DNA from: Fimbriimonadales bacterium
GTDB taxonomy: Bacteria; Armatimonadota; Fimbriimonadia; Fimbriimonadales; ATM1
Direction of reading: 5' to 3'
Assembly: GCA_041744215.1 (NCBI GenBank)
Contig: JBGTLG010000033.1
Location: 116,129-180,128, forward strand
Length of the DNA: 64,000 nt
This document shows positions 46,831 through 56,617 of the stretch, one piece after another. Every line of letters begins with the position of its first letter. The first letter of the stretch is position 1. The position numbers and the translations under genes were made by a program. Under the pieces are notes generated by a model. The model had not been told where the DNA came from. It worked only from the letters and a program-made list of their open reading frames with translations, and made no database searches.

Positions 46831-46856
46831 TCGGGCACGCGTCAAACAGGGCTACG

Positions 46857-47372
46857 CTACGCAGCAAACTGGTCACTGAACTTCTTGAAGAATGCACCCA
46901 GTTCTTGCCGGTCATAGTATCTGGCGACCGGTACTCTTAGTAGCTCCAGGCCCGCCGCTCGAAGCGCGGTGTCCTTCACTGCGTCAGAGTCCCTCTGCTT
47001 CGCCCTGCGATGGCTTGCGTCGTCGAGTTCAATCACTGCGCAGATATGAAAGTTCTTGCTTCTGACGACGACGAAGTCCAAGTGCCTTGACTTGATCCGA
47101 TTGCGAACTGTGTTGCAATTCGTTTTAGCCTTGACGAAGTCTTCCAGCCTAACTTTGGGACAGAGGTACAGATCTGTGGGCAAAACTTGGTTAGCGCACG
47201 TGTAGAAAGCCAACTCGGTCTCAGTAAGCAGGCAGTCCCTGGGCGCGATCCCCGTCTCAAGTGCCATAAGTGCGTTGGCAGCCTGTGCCCCTTCTCCTGT
47301 TTGCGCTGGCTCACGATTGCGCCAGAAGTAGAGGGCGGCTAGCAGCACGAGAAGGGAGAAAATCCAAACCAC
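46857..47372 (-). CDS. DUF2726 domain protein
   Basis: N-terminal TM; LLT..E..F, PKVRLEDF, HLDFVV, IELDDASH, RDSDAVKD..L..AG. Confidence 0.9.
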   Translation of the reverse strand: MVWIFSLLVLLAALYFWRNREPAQTGEGAQAANALMALETGIAPRDCLLTETELAFYTCANQVLPTDLYLCPKVRLEDFVKAKTNCNTVRNRIKSRHLDFVVVRSKNFHICAVIELDDASHRRAKQRDSDAVKDTALRAAGLELLRVPVARYYDRQELGAFFKKFSDQFAA

Positions 47373-47466
47373 AATCTTGATTCTTGGTTACTTGAGATTC
47401 TCCCTGGAGCGATAGCTCGGCGGGCCAGCCGTCTCCCGGCTGCGGCCGCACAGGTGTCGGTAAGGG

Positions 47467-49431
47467 TCATGGCAAGGTTGGCAAGCCGATTCTTTGGAGA
47501 TAGTTGAAGGTGGGATCGTAGAACTCAGGAAGCCTCGTGTGGTCAGAAGCATCCCCTTCTGGAACAACAATAACCATGCCTTGCCTCGCTCTTGTTAGCA
47601 ATACCCTGTAGGCATTCTTCTGATAACGTTGACGGTCCTCGGCCCTTATGCGATGCCACTTGGAGCCAACGAAGTCGAAATTCTGCCAGCCAGCTTCAGT
47701 GTATCGGAAGTCAGCGTCCCATGTTACGCACGTCCAGTCCAACTCGAGACCCTGGATATGAAACTCTGTTGCCACATCTTCCATGTAGTACGACGACCTG
47801 ACATCGTCCTTGCCGTCGAGAAACCAATGTATGGGATTGACTGGCGCACGAACGTGAATTCCATGAGGCCTCAGTCTTTCGGCGGCCGAAGAAACTAATA
47901 CTCCATATCGTTCACTGCCTCTTGCTTGCTCGCGTATCCAAGTCTTCGCCGCCGAAAGGCTCCTTGTCAATACAATCGGGAAGGCATCCTGACAGTTTAC
48001 GAGGCTCGCGCGCGCATCGCTCTCGTCAAATTCAAGAAGCGACCGTACGAGGTGCGAGACGTTTTCAGCACGAAATGCACGCATTGAGGCAAACAGGTGC
48101 AAGGATTCATCCCTTGTAACCCTGTTTTGCTCCTCGAGCTCCTGCAAAATGCTGCCTGGGTCGAACTCAGCTTCCTCAAGCTGTGGCGATATATAGATTT
48201 TCCAGTCAGGAAAACGCTGCAAAGCGTGAATCCACTCCTGAATTCCACCTTCTCCAGTATTGATCTCTTGTCCGCCACCAACAAGACACACTACCACCGC
48301 CCAATCCTTGTGCCTGTCGAGACACGAGATCAGGAACTGGGGCTCGGATTGACCAAAGTCAATCCGGTTGCGCTTGCGCTTCATGAAGTTTTCCGTCTGT
48401 TTTAGATTCCATGCTCGCTGAGCTTCGTCGAAGAGCGCGACGTGCTCTATTGGCGGCTTTGCATCCCGTAGGCATTCATCTCTGAAGTTATGGACGTTCT
48501 GGATAAACTGCTTCACCCTAGATCTTGCTTCGCCCTTTTTCAAGCGCTTTCCCTTCTGGCGTTTTTGCGCTACTGCATCACGGGCCAGTGCTTCGCGAAG
48601 CACAGCAACGAGAGGGCCGTTGCCCGAAAGAAAGACGCTGTATAGTTCGCTCTTTGAATCGGTGTGACTGTTCGCAATATTCAGCCCAACTAACGTCTTG
48701 CCCGCGCCGGGTACGCCTGTCACAAAACAGATCGCCTTCTGGGAGTTATCGTGAGAATTGTTAATGATCTTCGAGATAGTGTCCGAAGTCACTTGCAAGC
48801 TGTCTCCAGCTGCATCGCTCCGCGAAATCTCTTGAACGGAATGGCCGCGGTACAGTGCCGCTGCTGCCTCCACAATTGTTGGCGTAGGGCTGTATCGACC
48901 ATCGATCCACTCCTGCGGATCGATGGCTTGTCCACCGTGCAGGGCGAGCGTCCTGCTGATTGCATCTCGAAGCTCGGACGGGGCCAAAAGCTGTGGATCG
49001 AATCGTTCAGCAGACGGGAGCTGCCGCCAACTGCCTTCATCAGCATTCGTGGCAATCAAAACCGGAACGAGGATTGCTCTCTGGCTTGGCTCGTGAAAGT
49101 ATTTGAGGTCGAGGGCGTAATCATAGACTTGATCAATTGCTCCCCTATCGAAGGTGCTCGCTCCAACCTTGAACTCGACAACGAACACGCAGCTGTCTAT
49201 GATCAATATCGCATCTACCCGCGATCCCATTCTGGGGATCGAGTATTCGAGGATTACGTGCCCGTCGCGATTGGTAAGTTGCTCCTTTAGGATGGCGATC
49301 TGCTGAAGCCAAGCATCCCGCTGTGTAAGAAGCACCGTATGATGTGCCCCTTCAGCCATTGTTCCAAGAATCTCATTAGGGCTTGACCGAAGTAAGTCTC
49401 GTATCGGCCCTGCATAGTAGTACCGGTTCAC
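47467..49431 (-). CDS. DUF2075 (Schlafen group 3-like) nuclease-helicase
   Basis: N-terminal RVDAIL..VVEFK PD-(D/E)xK-like motif; GVPGAGKT, FDEAQR, QGLELD, NAYRVLLTRAR. Likely GTG start at 49431. Confidence 0.9.
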   Translation of the reverse strand: MNRYYYAGPIRDLLRSSPNEILGTMAEGAHHTVLLTQRDAWLQQIAILKEQLTNRDGHVILEYSIPRMGSRVDAILIIDSCVFVVEFKVGASTFDRGAIDQVYDYALDLKYFHEPSQRAILVPVLIATNADEGSWRQLPSAERFDPQLLAPSELRDAISRTLALHGGQAIDPQEWIDGRYSPTPTIVEAAAALYRGHSVQEISRSDAAGDSLQVTSDTISKIINNSHDNSQKAICFVTGVPGAGKTLVGLNIANSHTDSKSELYSVFLSGNGPLVAVLREALARDAVAQKRQKGKRLKKGEARSRVKQFIQNVHNFRDECLRDAKPPIEHVALFDEAQRAWNLKQTENFMKRKRNRIDFGQSEPQFLISCLDRHKDWAVVVCLVGGGQEINTGEGGIQEWIHALQRFPDWKIYISPQLEEAEFDPGSILQELEEQNRVTRDESLHLFASMRAFRAENVSHLVRSLLEFDESDARASLVNCQDAFPIVLTRSLSAAKTWIREQARGSERYGVLVSSAAERLRPHGIHVRAPVNPIHWFLDGKDDVRSSYYMEDVATEFHIQGLELDWTCVTWDADFRYTEAGWQNFDFVGSKWHRIRAEDRQRYQKNAYRVLLTRARQGMVIVVPEGDASDHTRLPEFYDPTFNYLQRIGLPTLP

Positions 49432-49628
49432 GCGCCCATACTTTGGCACATAGGCTCGCGCTTGCTGGAAGCCGATGTTGGAACTAAGCCTTGGACAACG
49501 TGAAGACGGCGAGCAATGATCGAGTCTGTCCACTGGAATACAGTCAGGAGCGCGGTGCGCCTCGACGGCAGAACTTCTGTGCGGCGCCAGGTCATCTACC
49601 CCTCACTCCGCAGGGTAATCTCGGATGG

Positions 49629-50537
49629 TTGAAGTACTTTGTTGCGGTCACTGACAAGAGCTGGTTCCGGCAGCTCGCGGAACAGCAGCCGAATGAGGTG
49701 AACTTTTGGCGACCAAGCGGAGCCAAATTCAAAGCGCTCGATTTGGGGGAGCCGCTTCTCTTCAAGTTGCACAGCCCAGATAACTACATCGTGGGTGGTG
49801 GACACTTCTTGCGTTACTCTCAACTCCCTGTATCACTGGCTTGGGAAGCCTTCGGTCCTAAGAACGGAGTCCAGAATCTGGAGCGGTTCCTTGACCGTAT
49901 CCGAAAGTACAGGCGTGAAGCTTTCAAGGAGGCCGATCCGACAATTGGGTGCATCATATTGGTCGAACCATTCTTTCTTCCAGAGGGTAGCTGGATACCA
50001 GTGCCACGTGACTGGCCAATGAATGCAGTTCAGGGGAAATCTTATTCGACGGCGGAAACCACGGGAGCGCTCCTTTGGCGACATGTAGAGGAGCGGTTGG
50101 ATGGACGCCAGGGGCTGCGTGTTGGAGAGGAGGCTGCTCGATATAGACAAAATGAGGTGCGCCAGCGCCTTGGGCAAGGCGCATTTCGAGTCGAGGTCAC
50201 AGAGGTTTACCAAAGGCGTTGCGCAATAACAGGCGAGCGCACTCTACCGGTGTTACAGGCTGCGCACATCAAGCCCTATTCGATGAATGGACCGCACAGA
50301 GTCGAAAACGGATTGTGCCTGAGAGCAGACATGCATATCCTTTTTGATCAGGGCTACTTGACTGTTACCCCCAACATGGTCGTGGAAGTGAGTCGAGAAA
50401 TAAAGGAGCGGTTCGAGAATGGCCGTGATTATTACGCCTATCATGGCCAGAAACTCTCGGTGCTGCCGCCGTCGGAATCTGATCAACCGGCTCGCGAGTT
50501 CTTGGAGTGGCACAATCAGCGCATGTTCATCACATGA
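49629..50537 (+). CDS. HNH restriction-type endonuclease
   Basis: N-terminal VAVTD..WF..EVNFWRP domain; RLGQGAFR, CAITG, AAHIKP, NGLCLRADMHILFD. Likely TTG start at 49629. Confidence 0.9.
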   Translation: MKYFVAVTDKSWFRQLAEQQPNEVNFWRPSGAKFKALDLGEPLLFKLHSPDNYIVGGGHFLRYSQLPVSLAWEAFGPKNGVQNLERFLDRIRKYRREAFKEADPTIGCIILVEPFFLPEGSWIPVPRDWPMNAVQGKSYSTAETTGALLWRHVEERLDGRQGLRVGEEAARYRQNEVRQRLGQGAFRVEVTEVYQRRCAITGERTLPVLQAAHIKPYSMNGPHRVENGLCLRADMHILFDQGYLTVTPNMVVEVSREIKERFENGRDYYAYHGQKLSVLPPSESDQPAREFLEWHNQRMFIT

Positions 50538-50664
50538 TAACGCGTTTGACCTTCACTTCGACCACATACTGCCGTTCAGTCACGGGGGCTCGAGTCGGGA
50601 AGTTGGGAATGTGCAGTTGCTGTGCGCGCGGCATAACTTGGAAAAGAGCGATAGCATTCGTTGA
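50536..50664 (+). pseudogene. C-terminal remnant of a second HNH endonuclease
   Basis: DLHFDHILPFSHGG...NVQLLCARHNLEK in the +1 frame at the stop of the upstream gene, with no plausible independent start. Confidence 0.75.
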
Positions 50665-50787
50665 TCGCCGATCCGTCCGGACACAAATGGTGGATGGGTA
50701 TGACGATCGCGAATCCGCCGAGCATGGATGAAGAGGAATTGAAAAAGACGTTCGGAAACGTGTAGTTCGAACGCCGCGCGATCGCAA

Positions 50788-51243
50788 CTACTCCTGCCGC
50801 TTCCTCATCACTTCGGTCGTGAATCCGCCGATGATGTTGTCGCCGTCCACGATAATCCAATCGCTGATGTCGTCCTTTGCGACCGTCACAGCGTCTCCCA
50901 GCGCAATGCCTTCGACGGCGACCGGATTGTTGCCGATTTTACCGTGAAACTTTCCGTCTCGAAACTCGGTCACGTCGACCCAAATGTGCTCGCGGCTTCC
51001 ATCTCGCGCGGGAAAGGGCTTTTTCACGCTGAAGTGCATCATCGTCGGCGACGGATTCTGCAGGTGCGCGATGAATTCGTCGATACTGCGCCGTGCTTCG
51101 GCGATAGCCGCTGCGATTTCAGGGTCGTTCTCTTCGACCGTGAAAACGAGCGGGTCGGATTCATCGCGCGGTTGGCCGTCGCCCTGCCCGCACCCGGCGA
51201 GTAGGACGGCGAGCATCAACGGTGCGAGCAACAGCACTCTCAT
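50788..51243 (-). CDS. DUF2314 (YegJ-like) lipoprotein
   Basis: Lipobox LAGC; DPEIAAAIAEAR, FSVK, EHIWV, NNP, ISDW, GGFT. Confidence 0.9.
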   Translation of the reverse strand: MRVLLLAPLMLAVLLAGCGQGDGQPRDESDPLVFTVEENDPEIAAAIAEARRSIDEFIAHLQNPSPTMMHFSVKKPFPARDGSREHIWVDVTEFRDGKFHGKIGNNPVAVEGIALGDAVTVAKDDISDWIIVDGDNIIGGFTTEVMRKRQE

Positions 51244-51522
51244 ATGCGCAGTTTAGGCGCTCGCGGTGGGGATTGTCAACCGGCGGGTGACCGTAGCTTC
51301 GCCCGGGCAAACGCTTAAGGGGCAGGAGCGCGGAAGAAGAATCGCGCCGATTGCAACTCAAAGGGAGAAACAGGCCGTTAGCGGTATGCAGATCATTTCC
51401 TTCGACCTGTTGCCGCCCTAAACGCGCTAGCGTGTTTACGGTACGTGCGTCATTACAAACAGACCCCCCCTGTGGGTGCTTTCTCGGTAGTGCCGCAACT
51501 GTAACCGCTCGGAGTTTCCCCG

Positions 51523-52473
51523 CTATTCCGCCAGAATCTCCTCCGCCATTGCGAATAGGGCGGGGTTGATTTGTGAGTCGGACGCGGCGGCGTTTTCGTC
51601 GAGCTGTTTCGTCGAGGTTGCGCCGACGATGACGCAAGAGATTTCGGGTTTGCGAAGGCACCATGCGAGCGAGAACTGCGCCAGCGAGACTCCGGCATCG
51701 GATGCAAGCGACGCGACTTGCTGCACGCGCGACAGGATGTCGTCTGCGAGAAAGTCTTTCATGAACGCGCCTGCCTTTTCGTCTGCGCCGCGAGAACCGG
51801 TGGGCGGGGGCTGTCCCGGTTTGTATTTTCCGGTCAGTGCGCCTTGCGCGAGCGGCGACCAAACGATCGTGCCCATTCCTTCGCGCACGCACATCGGCAG
51901 GATTTCCTTCTCTATGTCGCGCGCGAGCATGCTGTATTGCGGCTGGTTGCTAATCAGCGGGTTTGCGTTGATTGCGCGCGCGACGTGGTTTGCGTCTGCG
52001 ATTTGCGCAGCAGACCATTCGGAGACGCCCCAATACAAGACCTTGCCCTGCTTGATCAGATCGTCGATCGCGCGCACCGATTCTTCGACCGGCGTTTTTG
52101 CATCGTGTCGGTGGAATTGAAAGATGTCGAGGTAGTCGAGTCCGAGTCTCTTTAGGCTCGCGTGCACGCTTTCGGTGACGTGCTTTCTGCTGAGTCCTTG
52201 ATCGTTTGGCGAATCGGACATTGGCCAATAGCATTTCGATGCGACGACGATGTGGTCACGCCTTAGGTCGGCAATCGCTTTTCCGAGCGCGATTTCTCCT
52301 TCGCCCCGCGCATAGGCGTCGGCTGTGTCGAAGAAGTTGATCCCTATGTCGAATGCGCGATGGACGATTTCGCGCGTTGCGTCGTGATCGAGTGTTCGTC
52401 CTTGTGTGAGCCATCCGCCGAGCGAAACTTCGCTGACTTGGAGGCCGTTTTTGCCGAGGCGGCGATACTTCAT
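51523..52473 (-). CDS. Aldo/keto reductase (Kv-beta-like)
   Basis: MKYRRLGKNGLQVS, FDTADAY, LDYLDI, YWGVSEW, WSPLAQG. ATG 52473. Confidence 0.95.
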   Translation of the reverse strand: MKYRRLGKNGLQVSEVSLGGWLTQGRTLDHDATREIVHRAFDIGINFFDTADAYARGEGEIALGKAIADLRRDHIVVASKCYWPMSDSPNDQGLSRKHVTESVHASLKRLGLDYLDIFQFHRHDAKTPVEESVRAIDDLIKQGKVLYWGVSEWSAAQIADANHVARAINANPLISNQPQYSMLARDIEKEILPMCVREGMGTIVWSPLAQGALTGKYKPGQPPPTGSRGADEKAGAFMKDFLADDILSRVQQVASLASDAGVSLAQFSLAWCLRKPEISCVIVGATSTKQLDENAAASDSQINPALFAMAEEILAE

Positions 52474-52496
52474 GGGTTGTGTGATGCTACCTTGCG

Positions 52497-54179
52497 TTAG
52501 AGCTCTCTGAATTCGACCGCTGTGCCTCCGAGCCGATTTGGATCGATCCTGGCGCATAGCGCGTGGCTGGCGACGATGGCGAGTCTGGACCTGGCGCGGG
52601 TCATCGCGACGAGCATCGCGCCCGCGTTTTGTTGGACTGCGTCGAGGCCGACGAGTATGACGACGCTTGCGTCGAGGCCTTGGAACCGGCGCACGGTTTC
52701 GACGAGGACGGAGTCGCCGGGGTCTCGCGAAAGATGTGCTTTCGTTTGCGGTTTTAGTTTTGCGATGAATGGTTCGATGGCATCGGACGACCACGCGCAG
52801 AGGACCGCGATTTCGCGTGCTGGCACGCCGCTTTCGACAATGCGTTGGATTTCCGCGCCGACTTCTTTTGCGATGTCTTTCTCGTCGGTTGGGATTAGGA
52901 TGACTTGCTCTCCGTCGACGCCGTTGTCTGGGAGTTTGTATCTGTCGGAAACTCGGTTTGTCGCGGAAATGATCGGCGATGTGTTGCGGACGTTATCGGT
53001 TAGCAGGAATCCATACCAGCCCTTTGGCGCGATGCCATCGTGTCCATCGCCGAAGACAGATGGGAACGCGTTTGTTCCGTCGTAGATCTCTTGGTTTGGA
53101 TCATAGAAGACATTGAGTTTTGATGTTTTGTCGGCGAGCATCGAATCGAGGACGACCCACCATTCGTTGTGGAAGTTTTGCGCTTCGTCGACGACGATTG
53201 CTTCGTAGTTGCGGTTCGGTTCTGTTGTGAATTGAAGGTTGTCTTTTTCGTCGAATGCGCTATCGCCAAACGTTTCTCTTGCGAGTCGATGAAATGTCAT
53301 CACTTCGAGGATTGAGATATGTTTCGCGTTTTCTGCGAGGCGGTCGGCAAGCAATCGGTTGAAGCAGGTGAAGAGTGTTTTGAATCCTTGGGACGCGAGC
53401 CACTTCGCCTGCTCGAATGCGATGACGGTTTTTCCTGTTCCTGGCCCGCCGGCCAGCGCGAAGCGGCGAGCGAAGCGGAGGCCTCTCAGGACTCGGACTT
53501 GATCGGCCGTTAGCTCGAAGAGCGCGCTTTCTGCGTTTGTCACGCGCACGGTGGTTGGCGAGCCGACTCGGGTTGGTGGCTCGAGGATTTGCTCGGCGGC
53601 TTTTAGGACACTTGCGCCGTGGGTTTTTTTCGGTTTGGCTCCTCGATGGAAGTCGAAGATGGCGGGGATGACGAATTGGAGGCGGTCGAGGTCTTCGAAG
53701 TAGATCGTTTCTTGCGGGTCGATATCTGGGAATTGGTCTCCTGCGCGGTAGGCGTCGGGCAGGCAGACTGCTGTGCAGATGAGTACCCAGGGCGGATCTC
53801 CCCAGGATGAGAGGGCTCGAGGGAGGGCTTCGAGGAGGTAGTACTTGACCCTTTTTGCCTGGTCTTTTGGTGAGCGGATGGGGTGGGAGTCTCCGGCGCG
53901 GTCGGTGGACGTGAATCTGCCGGTTTCGGGGTCGTATTCGATGGCGCCTCCTTTGACTTCGAGGCACATGACGCCGTTGGCTGGGTCAACGATGACGAAG
54001 TCTGCCTCTGCGTCTCGGCTGGCTCGGTCGGGGGCGTGGTCGAGAAACGCCACGTTGTAGAAGACATGGACGTCTTCCCCCATCTGAGTGCGCAAAGCGT
54101 CCCAGACGCGCCTCTCCGCCTCAAATCGGGGCATTGCGGCTCGTTCCTGGGGGAACTGTCGGGGGTGCATGGTGGCCAT
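52497..54179 (-). CDS. NERD nuclease domain fused to a superfamily-1 helicase
   Basis: EADFVI..LEVKGG; GGPGTGKT; VDEAQ; FQGLD; VAMTRAR. Confidence 0.9.
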   Translation of the reverse strand: MATMHPRQFPQERAAMPRFEAERRVWDALRTQMGEDVHVFYNVAFLDHAPDRASRDAEADFVIVDPANGVMCLEVKGGAIEYDPETGRFTSTDRAGDSHPIRSPKDQAKRVKYYLLEALPRALSSWGDPPWVLICTAVCLPDAYRAGDQFPDIDPQETIYFEDLDRLQFVIPAIFDFHRGAKPKKTHGASVLKAAEQILEPPTRVGSPTTVRVTNAESALFELTADQVRVLRGLRFARRFALAGGPGTGKTVIAFEQAKWLASQGFKTLFTCFNRLLADRLAENAKHISILEVMTFHRLARETFGDSAFDEKDNLQFTTEPNRNYEAIVVDEAQNFHNEWWVVLDSMLADKTSKLNVFYDPNQEIYDGTNAFPSVFGDGHDGIAPKGWYGFLLTDNVRNTSPIISATNRVSDRYKLPDNGVDGEQVILIPTDEKDIAKEVGAEIQRIVESGVPAREIAVLCAWSSDAIEPFIAKLKPQTKAHLSRDPGDSVLVETVRRFQGLDASVVILVGLDAVQQNAGAMLVAMTRARSRLAIVASHALCARIDPNRLGGTAVEFREL

Positions 54180-54251
54180 CGTGTCTCTAACCTCTCCTCA
54201 GGTACGTTAGGATACTTATTCCGGGGCGCCTGGCGCGAGGGTGGCAGGCAG

Positions 54252-54281
54252 TTGACTTGGGGGTGCCCGATCCGCCATAAT
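54252..54281 (+). promoter_or_regulatory. sigma70-type promoter of rplU-rpmA
   Basis: TTGACT-N18-CATAAT about 30 nt upstream of rplU. Confidence 0.55.
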
Positions 54282-54312
54282 TCGCGTTCGCCCCTAACGA
54301 GGAAAGCAAACC

Positions 54313-54630
54313 ATGTACGCAGTAATGAAGGCAGGCGGGCAGCAGCTCCGCGTGAGACAAGACGAGACCGTGACGATCAACCGGATTCCTGGGGATGTCG
54401 GGTCGAAGGTGACTTTTGATCAGGTGTTGATGGTTGGCGAGGGCGATTCGGCTTCGATCGGTTCGCCGCTGGTTGCTGGCGCGAATGTGGAGGCGGAGAT
54501 TGTTCGGCAGAAGCGTGGTCCTAAGATTCACGCATTCAACTACAAGGCGAAGAAGAACGTTCGGAAGCGCTGGGGTCATCGCCAGGCGCTGACCGAGCTA
54601 AAGATCACGAAGATTTCGGCAGGAAAGTAA
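54313..54630 (+). CDS. rplU: 50S ribosomal protein L21
   Basis: MYAV..GGQQ..V, GHRQ..T...I. Confidence 0.97.
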   Translation: MYAVMKAGGQQLRVRQDETVTINRIPGDVGSKVTFDQVLMVGEGDSASIGSPLVAGANVEAEIVRQKRGPKIHAFNYKAKKNVRKRWGHRQALTELKITKISAGK

Positions 54631-54634
54631 AGCA

Positions 54635-54892
54635 ATGGCACACAAGAAAGGCGTAGGATCCTCGCGCAATGGCCGCGAAAGCCAGTCGAAGCGGCTTGGC
54701 GTTAAGAAGTTCGGCGGAGAAGTTGTCCGTGCGGGCTCTATCATCGTTCGCCAGCGCGGGACGAAGTTTCATCCCGGATCAAACGTTGGTATTGGCAACG
54801 ATCACACGCTGTTTGCCCTGACAGACGGTTATGTTAAGTTTGAGGGGCCCGAGAAGCGACGCCGAGTCGCGGTTTATGATTCGCGCGACTGA
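54635..54892 (+). CDS. rpmA: 50S ribosomal protein L27
   Basis: [32 protein letters not shown]. Confidence 0.98.
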   Translation: MAHKKGVGSSRNGRESQSKRLGVKKFGGEVVRAGSIIVRQRGTKFHPGSNVGIGNDHTLFALTDGYVKFEGPEKRRRVAVYDSRD

Positions 54893-54968
54893 TCGAGACC
54901 GCTTTCTTTTTTTTGGACCTGCGCCCGCTGGCGCAGGTCTTTTGCTTTTTGCCCGGTACACTGTTGGA

Positions 54969-56057
54969 ATGCTGTGTGCTGTGCTTCTGTTGGGATGTTC
55001 TTCGTCGATTCAAGAACCGCCGAATTCTTTACAAGCGAAGCTGACTTCGCTGCTTGATGAGAAGCGCGCGGAGTTCGATGTTCCCGCACTCGGGGCTGTC
55101 GTTGTCGCTGATGGAAAGATCGTCGCTTACTCTGCTGTTGGAACGCGGAAGTATGGCGAGGAGATTCCGGTTACGATTCACGACAAGTTTCACATTGGTT
55201 CGAACACGAAGGCGATGACGGCGGCGCTTTGTGCGCTTCTGGTTAAGGAAGGAAAGTTGAGTTGGGACACGAAGGCATCGGACGTGCTAAGCGGATTGGT
55301 TTTCCCGGATGAATTGCGAGGGGCGACGCTTGCGCACTCACTCACCCACCGCTCGGGGCTGATACCGAACGTGCCTTTCTCCGCTGCGACGAAGCCGGAA
55401 ACTATTCGTGAAGCGCGGTTGCGCTACGCGCAGATGGCGTTGAATCTGAAGCCTGCTGGGGGCGTCGGCGAACAGTTCGCGTATAGCAATGCGGGCTACG
55501 TTTTGGCGGGCGCGATGATCGAGAAAATCACGGGGAAGGATTGGGAAGAAGTTATCCGCGAGAAACTGTTCGAGCCGATTGGGATGAAGTCTGCGGGATT
55601 TGGGGTTGCGGGAGAGGCTGCAAAGAACGACCAGCCTTGGCCGCACAGCGTTCGAGGCGGGGCGCCTTCGCCCGGCCCTTACGTGGATAACAACGCGGTT
55701 CTCGGGCCTGCGGGAACTGTGCACATGTCTGCGGAGGATTATGGCAAGTGGATGCTCTTTGTGCTGAAGCACGGGCCCAAGCTCTTGACATCAGCCGAGT
55801 TCGACGCGCTGCATACGCCTTCGATGGGTGGAGACTACGCGTTCGGATGGCTCCGTGCGAATCGGGGCTGGGGTGGTGGACACGTGCTCAATCATGCGGG
55901 GAGCAACACACTCAACTTTTTTGTTGCGTGGATCGCCCCAGCGAAAGATTTCGGTGTTGCCATTTTCACAAACGTTTCCGGTGACGTAGGGCCGCGCGTT
56001 ACAGACTCAGTTGCGGCAGACGTCGTGACGAACATGGACGAGTGGCGATTGCGTTAG
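54969..56057 (+). CDS. Serine hydrolase (beta-lactamase class C-like), possible lipoprotein
   Basis: SNTK (SxxK), YSN, HAG, LTHRSG; LLLGC after ATG 54969. Confidence 0.9.
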   Translation: MLCAVLLLGCSSSIQEPPNSLQAKLTSLLDEKRAEFDVPALGAVVVADGKIVAYSAVGTRKYGEEIPVTIHDKFHIGSNTKAMTAALCALLVKEGKLSWDTKASDVLSGLVFPDELRGATLAHSLTHRSGLIPNVPFSAATKPETIREARLRYAQMALNLKPAGGVGEQFAYSNAGYVLAGAMIEKITGKDWEEVIREKLFEPIGMKSAGFGVAGEAAKNDQPWPHSVRGGAPSPGPYVDNNAVLGPAGTVHMSAEDYGKWMLFVLKHGPKLLTSAEFDALHTPSMGGDYAFGWLRANRGWGGGHVLNHAGSNTLNFFVAWIAPAKDFGVAIFTNVSGDVGPRVTDSVAADVVTNMDEWRLR

Positions 56058-56617
56058 CCGCGCGCTGCCAGCAGCTTATCGAGGTATCTCGCCAAGACAT
56101 CGTATTCGACGTTGACGGACGCGCCGGGCTGCATGTTCGAGAAACACGTCTGGTCGAGCGTGTGCGGGATCATCCAAACCGAGAATTCGTTTTGTTGTGG
56201 CTCGACGACTGTTAGGCTGACGCCGTCGATGGCGATCGATCCCTTATCGACGAGATACTTTTCTCCTGACTCTGCCACTTGAAATCGGAGCTCTTCTCCG
56301 CTTTTCCCAGGTTTGCGCCAAAGCAGTTTGCCGACCGTGTCCACATGACCGAGAACGAAGTGTCCGCCCATCGGTGACCCTGCCTTCAGAGCAGTTTCGA
56401 GGTTGACATGCGTTCCGCCAGGAATGGATCCAAGCGTCGTGCGATCGAGTGTTTCATCACTCAAATCAAAGATGAGTCCGTCGCCGCCGATGTGGGTCAA
56501 ACAACAGCCATTCACAGAAACACTCGCGCCTGCTTCGACCGAAATCAACGAGGTCACCGTGACACGCGATCCGGATCTTGTCAGTACGCCTTTCGCCTCG
56601 ATGATTCCAGTAAACAT
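56054..56617 (-). CDS. ribE: Riboflavin synthase alpha chain
   Basis: MFTGII, NGCCLT, GGHFVLGHVD, KGSIAIDGVSLT. Confidence 0.96.
   Translation of the reverse strand: MFTGIIEAKGVLTRSGSRVTVTSLISVEAGASVSVNGCCLTHIGGDGLIFDLSDETLDRTTLGSIPGGTHVNLETALKAGSPMGGHFVLGHVDTVGKLLWRKPGKSGEELRFQVAESGEKYLVDKGSIAIDGVSLTVVEPQQNEFSVWMIPHTLDQTCFSNMQPGASVNVEYDVLARYLDKLLAARG

Noticed and set aside
51275-51284. GTCAACCGGC, identical to 1808-1817, as a third element copy or island end
   Set aside because: Better explained as the TTGACA -35 box of the DUF2314 gene; the element core is absent.
51355-51510. Cobalamin-riboswitch-like words (AAAGGGA, GCCGCAACTGTAA)
   Set aside because: Other conserved elements are missing and there is no downstream gene on that strand.
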